Shown in pieces: positions 18,914 through 28,857 of a stretch of DNA of 40,955 nucleotides; the stretch's first letter is position 1, and each line of letters begins with the position of its first letter. Source of the DNA: Candidatus Micrarchaeota archaeon (lineage in GTDB: Archaea > Micrarchaeota > Micrarchaeia > Anstonellales > Bilamarchaeaceae); contig JBDRIM010000052.1 of assembly GCA_043816005.1 (NCBI GenBank), positions 1 through 40,955 of the forward strand. The letters are read 5' to 3'. Made by a program: the position numbers and the translations under genes. The notes under the pieces were generated by a model. The model saw only the letters and a program-made list of their open reading frames with translations. It did not search any database and was not told where the DNA came from.

Positions 18914-21664
18914 ATGCAACCTCCGACACAGCAGATGCAGCAGCCAGCACCTAAACAGATAAAACAACAAACAGCCCCAAGTATGACTAGTCAAAAAATT
19001 GCATCGATGGTTTCGCAGGCTGAGCAAAGTAACGAATTTTGGGCTGCACTCATAGTGTTTTTTGGAACATTAATACTTTTGTCAACAATTTCTTTTTATC
19101 CGATTTACATAGTCTTTGCCATAGCCTTATTATGCGGCGCAGTTGCTTTCAAAAAACCACCCGTCGGTGTGTTGATTGGCGTAGTACTTGCATTACCTGC
19201 AGTACTTTATCAATCAGCTATCTTTGGTTGGTTTTATATTCTTGTAATGATGCTGGTGTTCTTCCAAGTATTTGAAAATTGGATGATAATTGCAGTATTA
19301 GAAATCCTTATCATGGCACCATTTGCATTTCAGGGTTTTCCGTTTGTTGGATATATAACAATAGTTGGTATGTCGATTGGTGCAATGTTTTTTGGTTCAA
19401 AGAAAAGTCTTGTCGTATCTCTTTCTGCAGTAATAGCTATTTTGCTACTGTCATCAATCTGGCTGGTTGATAACACAGCGTACATGCCACTAAACCTAAA
19501 AAACTACCAGCCAGGTATTGCTGATTTGAAATTCACCAAATCACCAGTAGAATTAGGGGTTATTGGGACTGAATTAAGCAATGCACTAGGAAAAATGTTT
19601 GACATAAAAAATCTAAGTGCTCTTGGCAGTTCACTAGGATTGATAGTGGAGAGAGTAATACAACTTGCAACAGAAGATTCACTTGTTTTACAACTTATTG
19701 AATGGGGATTTGTACTATTTTTGTTAGGGTGGTTGCCCCCAAAAATAAAAGTAAAGCCGCAGTTAATTTCGTCTCTTGTTCTCATAATAACAATACCAGT
19801 AAACTTCTTGATTTCAATAATGTATGGTCTGGCGTTCAGATTTGAATTTATTGGCGGGATTGTTGTTGCTATTGTTGTTCTTGGTGCCATGGAACAATTT
19901 GGACTTAAGGTAAGTAGAGAATCCGAATTGAATAGAAAAGAGAAAATGAAATCATATGGCAAATTTGGAATGAGTGATGTTTCTGCTGGTGGCGAAGAAA
20001 AATCAATGGCTGATGTTGGCGGTTATGAAGATATAAAGAAGGAACTTCGCGATGCCATAATCATGCCTTTGGAGAAAAAAGAAATCGCATTTGCTTACGG
20101 AATAAAACCCCCCGCAGGTATTCTTCTTTTTGGTCCTCCAGGTACAGGTAAAACAATGCTTATGAGGGCACTTGCAAAAGAACTCAAATATAATTTTATC
20201 GAAGTCAGGTCTTCACAAATTTTATCCCAATGGTACGGCGAATCAGAAAAAAACGTTGCTGAGATATTTTCAAATGCCAGGAAAAATGCACCAACAGTAT
20301 TGCTCTTTGATGAAATAGACAGTATTGCAAAAAGGCGAAATGCAGATAGTATGGACACTGTTGGTCCTCGTGTACTTACAACGATATTACAAGAAATAGA
20401 TGGAGGAACGAAAAGCAAGGCAACTGTAATGGTTATTGGAGCTACCAATTTGCCAAATGAACTGGATCCTGCCCTCCTAAGACCTGGGAGATTAGATAAA
20501 ATAATTTATATGCACCTTCCAGATCCAGAAGCAAGGAAAATGATAATCAAAACTTATGTGAATAAAATGAAAAAAGCCATTCAGCCAACTGATCTTGATT
20601 ATGATGTTTTAACGAAAAAAACAGAAAGATTTTCTGGAGCTGACATGAAAAACATAATAACAGAAGCAGAAAGGCTGGCTGCAAAAGAAGCAACAGAAAA
20701 AGATGTTATTGTTCCTGTTTCAATGGCACATTTTCTAAAGGTTCTTGAGGCAGTTAAACCAAGTACTGGTCTTTCACAGCTCGATATATATGAACAGTTC
20801 AAACTTGACTTTGAGAGAAGAGTTGGTGCAGACAAAGGAAAGCAAGAGGAATCAGCAAAAGAATCTGCAGTCAAATGGTCTGATGTTGCAGGCATGGAAG
20901 ATATCAAAAAAGCATTGCTTGAAGCAATTGAATTGCCATTACTACATGAAGCTGATATGAAAGAATTCAAAGTCAAACCAAGTAAAGGTATTCTTCTTTT
21001 TGGTCCTCCTGGTACAGGTAAAACATTGATCGTCAGAGCTGCTGCAAATGAATTAAAGGCCTCATTCCAATCCCTTAGTGCAGCAGAAGTCATGAAAAAA
21101 GGCTACACCCAAGCAGTGAATGTAATTAAAGAGTCATTTAACCGTGCAAGGGAAAACGCACCAGGTATAATATTTGTTGATGAAATAGAAACATTTGCAC
21201 CTGCTCGTGGAGTTGGTGGATCAGCTGAGATACTCGGACAGTTCTTAACTGAAATGGATGGAGTAAAAGGACAAAAAGGAGTTCTTGTTATTGCTGCAAC
21301 AAACAAACCAGTGTTAATGGATGCAGCGATTATGAGGCCTGGGAGGTTTGATAAAATATTTTATATCCCACCACCAGAAATGAATGGGAGACTGGCGATG
21401 TTCAGAATACACCTTTCAAAGTTTGCTGAAAAAGTTGATCTTAAGATTCTTGCTGAAATGACTCCTGGATTTAGCGGTGCAGATATTGCAGACATTTGCC
21501 AGAATGTAAAGATGAAAGCATTACGATCAAAACTTGAAGGAAAATCAGAGGAAATAACAACAAGAAGCGTAGTTGATGTAATAAAAACAAGAAGACCTTC
21601 GATAACTCAGGAAATATTAGCTGAATACAAAAAGTTCATGGAAGCTTATGGTGAGAGACGATAG
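18914..21664 (+). CDS. Polytopic membrane protein fused to two Cdc48-like AAA+ ATPase domains
   Basis: About 330-aa hydrophobic N-terminus with roughly 8-10 TM segments. Two GILLFGPPGTGKT Walker A motifs, Walker B motifs FDEID/VDEIE, and SRH motifs ALLRPGRLD/AIMRPGRFD. Confidence 0.9.
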   Translation: MQPPTQQMQQPAPKQIKQQTAPSMTSQKIASMVSQAEQSNEFWAALIVFFGTLILLSTISFYPIYIVFAIALLCGAVAFKKPPVGVLIGVVLALPAVLYQSAIFGWFYILVMMLVFFQVFENWMIIAVLEILIMAPFAFQGFPFVGYITIVGMSIGAMFFGSKKSLVVSLSAVIAILLLSSIWLVDNTAYMPLNLKNYQPGIADLKFTKSPVELGVIGTELSNALGKMFDIKNLSALGSSLGLIVERVIQLATEDSLVLQLIEWGFVLFLLGWLPPKIKVKPQLISSLVLIITIPVNFLISIMYGLAFRFEFIGGIVVAIVVLGAMEQFGLKVSRESELNRKEKMKSYGKFGMSDVSAGGEEKSMADVGGYEDIKKELRDAIIMPLEKKEIAFAYGIKPPAGILLFGPPGTGKTMLMRALAKELKYNFIEVRSSQILSQWYGESEKNVAEIFSNARKNAPTVLLFDEIDSIAKRRNADSMDTVGPRVLTTILQEIDGGTKSKATVMVIGATNLPNELDPALLRPGRLDKIIYMHLPDPEARKMIIKTYVNKMKKAIQPTDLDYDVLTKKTERFSGADMKNIITEAERLAAKEATEKDVIVPVSMAHFLKVLEAVKPSTGLSQLDIYEQFKLDFERRVGADKGKQEESAKESAVKWSDVAGMEDIKKALLEAIELPLLHEADMKEFKVKPSKGILLFGPPGTGKTLIVRAAANELKASFQSLSAAEVMKKGYTQAVNVIKESFNRARENAPGIIFVDEIETFAPARGVGGSAEILGQFLTEMDGVKGQKGVLVIAATNKPVLMDAAIMRPGRFDKIFYIPPPEMNGRLAMFRIHLSKFAEKVDLKILAEMTPGFSGADIADICQNVKMKALRSKLEGKSEEITTRSVVDVIKTRRPSITQEILAEYKKFMEAYGERR

Positions 21665-21680
21665 TTTTTTATCTTTTTTT
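21665..21680 (+). terminator. Archaeal oligo-T terminator
   Basis: TTTTTT-ATC-TTTTTTT immediately after the stop codon. Confidence 0.6.
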
Positions 21681-21905
21681 ATGTGACACAGATTAATAAA
21701 CCTCAAAACCACAATTTTTTAGCCAGCGTCTTCGCTGGTTCAGTGAAAACAAATGAGGTGTAAAAATTCAGAATGAATTTTTACTTGTTAAAAATCGGAA
21801 TTTTTAAGAGGTGTAAAAATGAAAAACGGGTGTTTTGAAATCCAGTAATTTTTTGAGAATGTATTGTAACGGCCTTTGGCAAGTTGAATTTGGGGTGGGA
21901 AGGCT

Positions 21906-22097
21906 ATGAACAATACAGTAACTACACGGACATTTGCCCCTGTAAGAAAACAAGAACCACCAGGAAAAGTTAGATTAGATAGGACGCAATTTAGGTTGGT
22001 TCCAGTAGAAACAGAAGGACTAATGGGAAACAAAAAACCAGATTTTCCATTGATGGGTGATGGAACAGGCGGACCTACGCCAAGGTGTTCATGGTAA
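21906..22097 (+). CDS. Small hypothetical protein (63 aa, Pro/Gly-rich)
   Basis: SD-like GGGGTGGGAAGG upstream; fills an otherwise empty gap; no recognisable motif. Confidence 0.45.
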   Translation: MNNTVTTRTFAPVRKQEPPGKVRLDRTQFRLVPVETEGLMGNKKPDFPLMGDGTGGPTPRCSW

Positions 22098-22607
22098 ACG
22101 CATTATTAACAAGACCTGGTTTTCAATCTTCTTTTTAAGCTCAAGTCGAAAATCAGAAAATTCTTTTTCTATTTTTTCAGAATCTTTTTCAGGAATCGAA
22201 AGAATGAATAACCCATCTGATTGAATAACCCGCTTTAGTTCGTTTCTATAAACTTTTTTATCTGTATCTTGAAGCCCTACATAGCAAGAAACATCAAAAC
22301 CAATATCAAAATAATCAGTTTCAAATTGCCAGAAATCTCCTATATTATGAGAATGAGGAGTAACTCCATGAAGATCAATGTCCTGAAGATGATTTTTATC
22401 AACACAATGAACTTCGAAGCCTCGTTCAGCAAAATAAACAGTATTTTGTCCGTTGCCACCACCAAGATTTATCATTCGGCCAAAAACAATGTGTTTTGAT
22501 TTTAAAAACTCGTAGAAAAAAATTGCTGCTTGGTGTGGAGGAAGAATTTTTGGTTTGTGGATTCTGATATCATCATTTTTTGCCCACGGAGTATCAGGTG
22601 TTTCCAT
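22089..22607 (-). CDS. Class I SAM-dependent methyltransferase (TehB-like)
   Basis: INLGGGNGQNTVYFAERGFEVHCVD motif I region and LKRVIQSDGLFI. Confidence 0.8.
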   Translation of the reverse strand: METPDTPWAKNDDIRIHKPKILPPHQAAIFFYEFLKSKHIVFGRMINLGGGNGQNTVYFAERGFEVHCVDKNHLQDIDLHGVTPHSHNIGDFWQFETDYFDIGFDVSCYVGLQDTDKKVYRNELKRVIQSDGLFILSIPEKDSEKIEKEFSDFRLELKKKIENQVLLIMRLP

Positions 22608-22701
22608 GTATTAGTTAAGAGTAGAAGAAATTAAAAGAGAGTAAGAATCTAGTGTTTTGAAAGAGTAGTAGACCGAGGATAATAAAAAATAATAAAAAAA
22701 A

Positions 22702-24693
22702 TTAACCTAGGAGATTTAATCCGTGGGCTATAATCACAGCGGCGAATACCAAGGAGACTGTGTTAACAACTTTTATCAGTGCATTAAGCGCAGGACCAGC
22801 AGTGTCTTTTAACGGATCTCCAACTGTGTCACCAACAATAGCAGCTTTGTGTGTATCGCTGCCTTTTCCACCAAACTGACCTTGTTCGATGTACTTCTTT
22901 GCATTGTCCCAAGCAGCACCAGATGTGGTCAAAGTTAAGGCAAGCATAAGGCCACTTACAATGACACCAGCTAATAAACCACCGAGGGCAGCTGCACCAA
23001 ACAAGTAACCAACAAGCAATGGTGTAATAACTGCCAACGCACCAGGAACAGCTAACTCGCGAAGAGCAGTTGCAGTTGAGATGTCAACACATTTTGCATA
23101 ATCTGCTCTTCCTGTTCCAGCCATAAGTCCTTTGATCTCCCTAAATTGTCTTCTTACTTCCTCAACAATCTGGAATGCCGCTCTTCCAACAGCTAGAATA
23201 AGCATACTTGAGAAGACAAACGGAAGTAACGCACCTATAAACAAACCAACAACCACTGGAGTGGAAAGAAGATTTATCGTTGTGAGATGTGTTTCTTCAG
23301 CATATGCAACAAATAATGCAAGTGCACCAAGTGCTGCCCCTCCGATTGCATAACCTTTTGTTGTTGCTTTTGTTGTATTACCAACTGCATCCAATGCATC
23401 AGTTATTTTTCTGACAGATGCTGGAAGGTGAGCCATTTCAGCGATTCCTCCTGCATTGTCAGTAATTGGACCATAGGTATCGATTGCAATCACAATTGCA
23501 CTTAGAGAAAGCATTGCTGCTGCTGCAAGACCAACACCGTATAGCCCCCCAACCATGAATGATATCGCAATTGCAGCCAATATCACAATTGTCGGTAATG
23601 CTGTTGATTCCATACCAATCGCAAGGCCAGATATCAAATTAGTGCCTGCACCAGTTGTAGCAGCTTTAGCAACAGATTTTACAGGACCAAAATCTGTTGA
23701 GGTATAATATTCACTGATTACAAAAAGCAGTAGGGTTACTACTACACCTAATATGACAGATACAAATAGCGACATTGATGCTATTGGCAAGCCACCAAGA
23801 TTAGATAGATAGAAGTAGGAAAACACAATCATAAGCAATGCACTCACCATAATTCCTTGGTAAAATGCAGGCATAATCTTGTGGTTTTTCCCAACTTTTA
23901 CGAAGAGCGAACCTAGAATGCTTGAAATTACACCGATTGCTGCAATAGCAAGCGGAATTTCTACTAAAATTAAATTAGACATTGTTAAACCAATTAACAT
24001 GGCTGCGATTATAGTAACTACAAATGATTCAAAAACATCAGCCGCCATACCAGCACAGTCACCAACATTGTCACCAACATTATCTGCAATAACTGCAGGA
24101 TTTCTTGGGTCGTCCTCTGGGATTCCCTTTTCGATTTTACCAACTAAATCTGCACCAACATCAGCTGCTTTTGTATAGATACCACCGCCGACACGGGCAA
24201 ATAGTGAGATAAGTGAGGCACCAAAACCATAGCCGATTAATGGGGCAAGTGTTCCAAAGTAGATATAAAGTACCGAAACACCAATCAATCCCAGACCAGC
24301 CAAGGCCATACCAGTAACCGCACCACCTTTGAATGAAAGATCAAGTGCAGGGCTAAGACCCTTCTTTGCAGCTTCAGCAACACGCACATTTGCACGCACT
24401 GAAACCTGCATTCCAACATAACCAGCAAGAGCAGAAGAAATCACACCTATCAAGAATGCAATTGCCATCGGTTGATTGACAAAGTAGTAAATCATCGCAA
24501 ATAGAACTACAACTATTGGAGCGAGTGTTTTGTATTGTCTCGTTAGAAATGCATTTGCACCTTCTTGGATCGCTTTGGCGATCTCCCTCATCTTGTCACT
24601 TCCACTTGGTTCCTTAAGCACTCTGTACGCCAAATAGCATGCATACAAAAGTGTCAATATGCCAGCACTAAACGCTAATAATACTGCTTCCAT
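22702..24693 (-). CDS. hppA: Membrane-bound pyrophosphatase, probably K+-independent H+-translocating
   Basis: GGIYTKAADVGADLVGKIE, EDDPRN, DNVGDNVGD and GDTVGDPLKD motifs. GNTTKA carries the Lys typical of K+-independent enzymes. Confidence 0.95.
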   Translation of the reverse strand: MEAVLLAFSAGILTLLYACYLAYRVLKEPSGSDKMREIAKAIQEGANAFLTRQYKTLAPIVVVLFAMIYYFVNQPMAIAFLIGVISSALAGYVGMQVSVRANVRVAEAAKKGLSPALDLSFKGGAVTGMALAGLGLIGVSVLYIYFGTLAPLIGYGFGASLISLFARVGGGIYTKAADVGADLVGKIEKGIPEDDPRNPAVIADNVGDNVGDCAGMAADVFESFVVTIIAAMLIGLTMSNLILVEIPLAIAAIGVISSILGSLFVKVGKNHKIMPAFYQGIMVSALLMIVFSYFYLSNLGGLPIASMSLFVSVILGVVVTLLLFVISEYYTSTDFGPVKSVAKAATTGAGTNLISGLAIGMESTALPTIVILAAIAISFMVGGLYGVGLAAAAMLSLSAIVIAIDTYGPITDNAGGIAEMAHLPASVRKITDALDAVGNTTKATTKGYAIGGAALGALALFVAYAEETHLTTINLLSTPVVVGLFIGALLPFVFSSMLILAVGRAAFQIVEEVRRQFREIKGLMAGTGRADYAKCVDISTATALRELAVPGALAVITPLLVGYLFGAAALGGLLAGVIVSGLMLALTLTTSGAAWDNAKKYIEQGQFGGKGSDTHKAAIVGDTVGDPLKDTAGPALNALIKVVNTVSLVFAAVIIAHGLNLLG

Positions 24694-24843
24694 TATTTCA
24701 CCTTTTTTTTGCTAATTTTTCGCTTCACGAAAAATGCAAAACGAGTTTTTGTTTTTTAACAATCCAGCAGATAAAAAACAACTAAATGTTTAAAAATCAA
24801 GTGCCCACCACATTTACATACTATTATCTGCTCAAGTGATACT

Positions 24844-26130
24844 ATGAAAATAGGTGTTTTAGGAGGAGGGGTGTCTGGTCTTACCTTTGCAAGCAAAATT
24901 GATTCTGAGGTTCTTGAAAAGGAAAACGAAATAGGAGGACATATGAGATCAGTCAAAGAAGAAGGATATACATTTGACTTAGGATCGCATATAATATTCA
25001 CAAAAAATCAAGAGGTTTTGGAGTTTATATTTGGTGTGCTTGGTGACAATAGATTGACACGTAAGAGAAGTACGATAATTTTTTATAATGGAAAAAAAGT
25101 TAAATATCCATTTGAAAATGGACTTGGTGATTTGCCAAAAGAAGAAGCAATGGAATGTCTAAATGATTATACAGAGACATACGAAAATAGAGAACATGGA
25201 AAGCTTAGTGCACCAAAAAATTTCAAAGAGTGGATGTATTATAGATTTGGAAACGCAATAACTGAAAAATATCTTTATCCATATAATACTAAAGTTTGGG
25301 ATTATCCTCCTGAAAAAATGGATAGTTTTTGGGTTGAAGGGCGGGTGCCGCAGCCACCACTTGAAGATGTAAGAAAAGCTGCACTTGGGCAGGAATCAGA
25401 AGGCTATACGCATCAATCAACTTTCCACTACCCCAATTATGGCGGCATACAAGCAGTTACTGATGCAATTGCAAAGAAGATCGAGAAAGAAAAAATAATA
25501 ACTAATTTCGAGGTTACAAAAATAAAAAAAGAAGATGGAAAGTTGATTGTCAATGGAGAAAAAGTTTATGACAAACTCGTAACTACAATCCATATAAATG
25601 ATTTTATTCGCGCTTATGAAAATGTACCTGAAGAAGTCAAAACAGCAGCTCAAAATCTTAAATGGAATTCGATTCATCTTGTGATGCTTGGTCTTGCGAA
25701 TCCAAAATTAAATGACCTGCATTGGGCATATATACCAGATAAAGAAATTTTCCCAAATAGAATAAGCTTTCCTGCAAATATGAGCCCGAATACTGTTCCA
25801 AATGGATGTTCTGCTGTTCTGGCTGAGACTACTTTTAGGCCTGATGGTGAAAAAGCAAAACTTAGCAAGAAGGAGATAATCGAGAGAACTGTTGATGGAC
25901 TTGATCAAATAGGAGTTATAAACAAAAAAGAAGTTATTTTTGAGAAACTTGTTACCTGTAAATATGCCTATGTGGTCTATGATCTAGATTATTTAAAAAA
26001 TATAAAAATCATCGAAGATTTTGCAAATAGCGAAAAAATAACATTGTTAGGTAGATTTTCCGAGTTTAGATATTATAATTCAGACAAATGTATCGAAAGT
26101 GCATTTGAAAAGGCAAAATTGTTTGTATAA
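24844..26130 (+). CDS. FAD-dependent oxidoreductase (protoporphyrinogen oxidase / UDP-galactopyranose mutase-like family)
   Basis: GGGVSGL dinucleotide motif, IGGHMRS...GYTFDLGSH, YNTKVW and GRFSEFRYYNSD. Confidence 0.8.
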   Translation: MKIGVLGGGVSGLTFASKIDSEVLEKENEIGGHMRSVKEEGYTFDLGSHIIFTKNQEVLEFIFGVLGDNRLTRKRSTIIFYNGKKVKYPFENGLGDLPKEEAMECLNDYTETYENREHGKLSAPKNFKEWMYYRFGNAITEKYLYPYNTKVWDYPPEKMDSFWVEGRVPQPPLEDVRKAALGQESEGYTHQSTFHYPNYGGIQAVTDAIAKKIEKEKIITNFEVTKIKKEDGKLIVNGEKVYDKLVTTIHINDFIRAYENVPEEVKTAAQNLKWNSIHLVMLGLANPKLNDLHWAYIPDKEIFPNRISFPANMSPNTVPNGCSAVLAETTFRPDGEKAKLSKKEIIERTVDGLDQIGVINKKEVIFEKLVTCKYAYVVYDLDYLKNIKIIEDFANSEKITLLGRFSEFRYYNSDKCIESAFEKAKLFV

Positions 26131-26213
26131 ATGATAATATGCCGAACTCAAATCGACGTAGCTTTAAAAAGTCATTGTATTAAATGAAAGAATATCCATG
26201 CAGTGGTGATATA

Positions 26214-26627
26214 ATGGGACTTTTCGATAAAATATTAGGTGGAAAAAACGAACAAACGGATGTACCAGATTTGGAAGACTTAATGCAAGCAGACGGAGAC
26301 GTTGTAAGTCCTCCTGCTGATTTCTATGTTAAACGGGTTGATTTGAGAAATGAAGGCGATGGCGACCTTGCAGTAAAAGAGCTTGGCCAAAAGAATATTA
26401 TTATCTTGAATGTTGTTCCGCTTTCAAAACAACCAAATAGACTCAAAACAGTTCTGTCTAAGTTGAAATCACATGTAGGCAAAGTCAATGGAGACATTGC
26501 ATTGCTTTCAGACATGTGTCCTGGTTGCCAGAAGCAAACTAATGGTTTGGTTTTGATTACTCCGGCTAACGTAAAAATAGTCAAAGCAAAACCAAAGGCA
26601 AAACCAGGCGCAACAATTATATCTTAA
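26214..26627 (+). CDS. sepF: Archaeal cell division protein SepF
   Basis: Amphipathic MGLFDKILGG N-terminus, acidic linker, and core KNIIILNV...LKSHVGKVNGDIA...VLITPANVKI. SD GGTGA before ATG 26214. Confidence 0.85.
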   Translation: MGLFDKILGGKNEQTDVPDLEDLMQADGDVVSPPADFYVKRVDLRNEGDGDLAVKELGQKNIIILNVVPLSKQPNRLKTVLSKLKSHVGKVNGDIALLSDMCPGCQKQTNGLVLITPANVKIVKAKPKAKPGATIIS

Positions 26628-26628
26628 T

Positions 26629-26661
26629 TATGAAACCCACGGTTTCATACTTCCCTTTTTT
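26629..26661. terminator. Hairpin/T-tract terminator between convergent genes
   Basis: TATGAAACC-CAC-GGTTTCATA perfect 9-bp inverted repeat followed by a T-run. Confidence 0.6.
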
Positions 26662-26668
26662 ATATTTT

Positions 26669-28807
26669 CTATCTTATTCTTCTTTTTAGAACTGGAAGAC
26701 CTGCAATTTGTGGTTTTTGAGCTCTCAGATGAGTGATGAATTCTCGATAATCTCTTTGTACAGATCCCATGATAGATAAATTTGGTTCTCTCCCTTCGAT
26801 TATTGCAACAGTTGCATTTACTACCCCTCGAGTTACTACAGACCCTTCTATTTCAACTGTACATGAATGTTGTGGATCAACATGGAATCCAACTACTGAA
26901 TCATCTGAGAATGTGAGGATAAATGCTGCTGAATCATTAGCATGATCAATAGAACAGAGGAATGGTAATGTGGTACTGGGCGCAGTACTAAATGGATAGA
27001 GAATGAGAGAAGGATTTGATGCATCTAAATCATCTAATGCATATGTTCTTGTGGCATTAGTAACAGCAGAATAACTAACTCTGGCAACTCTTGATGGTCT
27101 TAAGAACAAATCCAGTTTATCTAGAGAGGTATCAGGGCCTGTTGACATTCGTTTAAGCACTCCGACTCCAGAAATTTGTGTAAGTTTTTCTTCCTGTTGT
27201 ATTTCTGGAAGGGGAGTTAGTCTAAGTTCACCTAATCGAACAAGATCAAATCCAAGTTTTGCAAGATCGTCAACTGCACCTGGCATAATCTTATGATCAA
27301 ATGGATAGGTAAACAAAACTGTATGACCATCAGTTGAAGAAAGCGCAAGATTCCTGAAAAGGATTGCTGATCTTTCTGGTGATAACCATTGAGCAACTGA
27401 AAGCAGAATAGTTCTGTCTGTTAAGGTTACAGGTCTAGCTTCAAGAGCCTCTAATTGTATATGAGTTACGCTTACAGAAGGAGCAAGTGCTTGTAATCTT
27501 GATGGTAATGTATCATTGGAAAATGATACAACAACTGAATTATCTGCATGACCTGATTTTGCTAGTACTACCGCTTCTCTGAAGAACCAAAGTTGTTCTA
27601 ATCTCTCGTTCATTAATATAGTTACCCATGGTTCCCTCTGGCTTTCTCTTAAACCAATTTTCGAAACAAGTTGTTGATCAAGACTTCTTATACCATAAAG
27701 AAAACCAAATACTGCCATGACATCGTAGAAATCAGTAACACGAGATTTGAAAGTCTTTAATGGAAGAGGAAGTGGTGCACCCGAAGTAATACTAGCAATT
27801 AATATTTCTCTTAATTTTTTGTTTATTGCATCATTCACGTGAGCTGGAAGAGCAGTCATTTTATTATTTGAAAATTCTTTGACAAAGTTTTCTTGAGAAG
27901 ATGTTCCTATCCAATCTAATTGCATTTGTTCCAAAATTGCTTTTGATACTTTTTTTGTGAGCATTGTCGTGTCAGGTAATCCATCAACTTTTGATAAACC
28001 AGCATAAGTTGGAAAGATTTCTGGATGCCTTTCTGATACTTCTTTAAAAATAGTCAAAACTCGTGCATCAACAATTGCCGCTGTTTGGTTAGGCAAATCA
28101 CTTAAACTCCCATGTGAAAGTGCAGCAAGAAAATGTTCTTCTGATGATTTTTGTACCCATTCAAGCTGAAGCTGTTCTATTGTTGCTTTTGGTATTCTTG
28201 AAGAGAATACATGACGACTCCTAAGTTTGCAAATTTTTTGTAAATTAAGAGGATGAGGAAATACATCGGGATTTGCTTCTAATCTTGTTTTGATTATAGT
28301 TAACAAACGAGTGTTGATAGTAGTAGTTACCTGAGCCGAAGTTCCTTTCATGTTCCTTATAGCAGCTAAAAATTGATCATCAGTTGAAGTAGCTAACCAA
28401 TCAAGTTGAAGTTGATCCCAATCTGATCTTAAGACCTTTGTGAAGAGTGCTGAAGTCATATTTGGTATTTTTAATTTAACTACTCCGTTCAAGGTTGGAA
28501 AAACATCGGGACAATCAGCTAGTCTTAATTGGAGAATACTTAATAATCTTTGACTTACTGTACTCTTAACAGTGTTTGTTGCACTGTGTATTGTTCTTGA
28601 AGAAAAAGCAGTTAAAAAAAGTTGTTCTGATGTTGTTCTAATCCATTCAACTTGAAGTGTATCCCAGATTTCTTGAGGTATTAATGCTGAAAGTGCAGTA
28701 CGAGTATATAGACCATCACGACCAGCCAGATTTGCCAGGTTTGGAAATGATTCTGGGTGTGTTGATGCAACTTCTCGGAGTTTTGAAATAGCTTCGGCTG
28801 AGTCCAT
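26669..28807 (-). CDS. Hypothetical protein with four ~81-aa N-terminal helical repeats
   Basis: 712-aa ORF with a P(E/D)xFP...Q(L/V)(E/D)W...F pattern repeated four times. Confidence 0.75.
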   Translation of the reverse strand: MDSAEAISKLREVASTHPESFPNLANLAGRDGLYTRTALSALIPQEIWDTLQVEWIRTTSEQLFLTAFSSRTIHSATNTVKSTVSQRLLSILQLRLADCPDVFPTLNGVVKLKIPNMTSALFTKVLRSDWDQLQLDWLATSTDDQFLAAIRNMKGTSAQVTTTINTRLLTIIKTRLEANPDVFPHPLNLQKICKLRSRHVFSSRIPKATIEQLQLEWVQKSSEEHFLAALSHGSLSDLPNQTAAIVDARVLTIFKEVSERHPEIFPTYAGLSKVDGLPDTTMLTKKVSKAILEQMQLDWIGTSSQENFVKEFSNNKMTALPAHVNDAINKKLREILIASITSGAPLPLPLKTFKSRVTDFYDVMAVFGFLYGIRSLDQQLVSKIGLRESQREPWVTILMNERLEQLWFFREAVVLAKSGHADNSVVVSFSNDTLPSRLQALAPSVSVTHIQLEALEARPVTLTDRTILLSVAQWLSPERSAILFRNLALSSTDGHTVLFTYPFDHKIMPGAVDDLAKLGFDLVRLGELRLTPLPEIQQEEKLTQISGVGVLKRMSTGPDTSLDKLDLFLRPSRVARVSYSAVTNATRTYALDDLDASNPSLILYPFSTAPSTTLPFLCSIDHANDSAAFILTFSDDSVVGFHVDPQHSCTVEIEGSVVTRGVVNATVAIIEGREPNLSIMGSVQRDYREFITHLRAQKPQIAGLPVLKRRIR

Positions 28808-28857
28808 TAATACGTTAATGAAGTAAAAGAGTTTATAAGGTTATTCTTAATGTTGAA

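Noticed and set aside
21755..21820. CRISPR-like repeat-spacer-repeat
   Set aside because: Only two 13-nt copies and no cas genes; too short for a CRISPR repeat.
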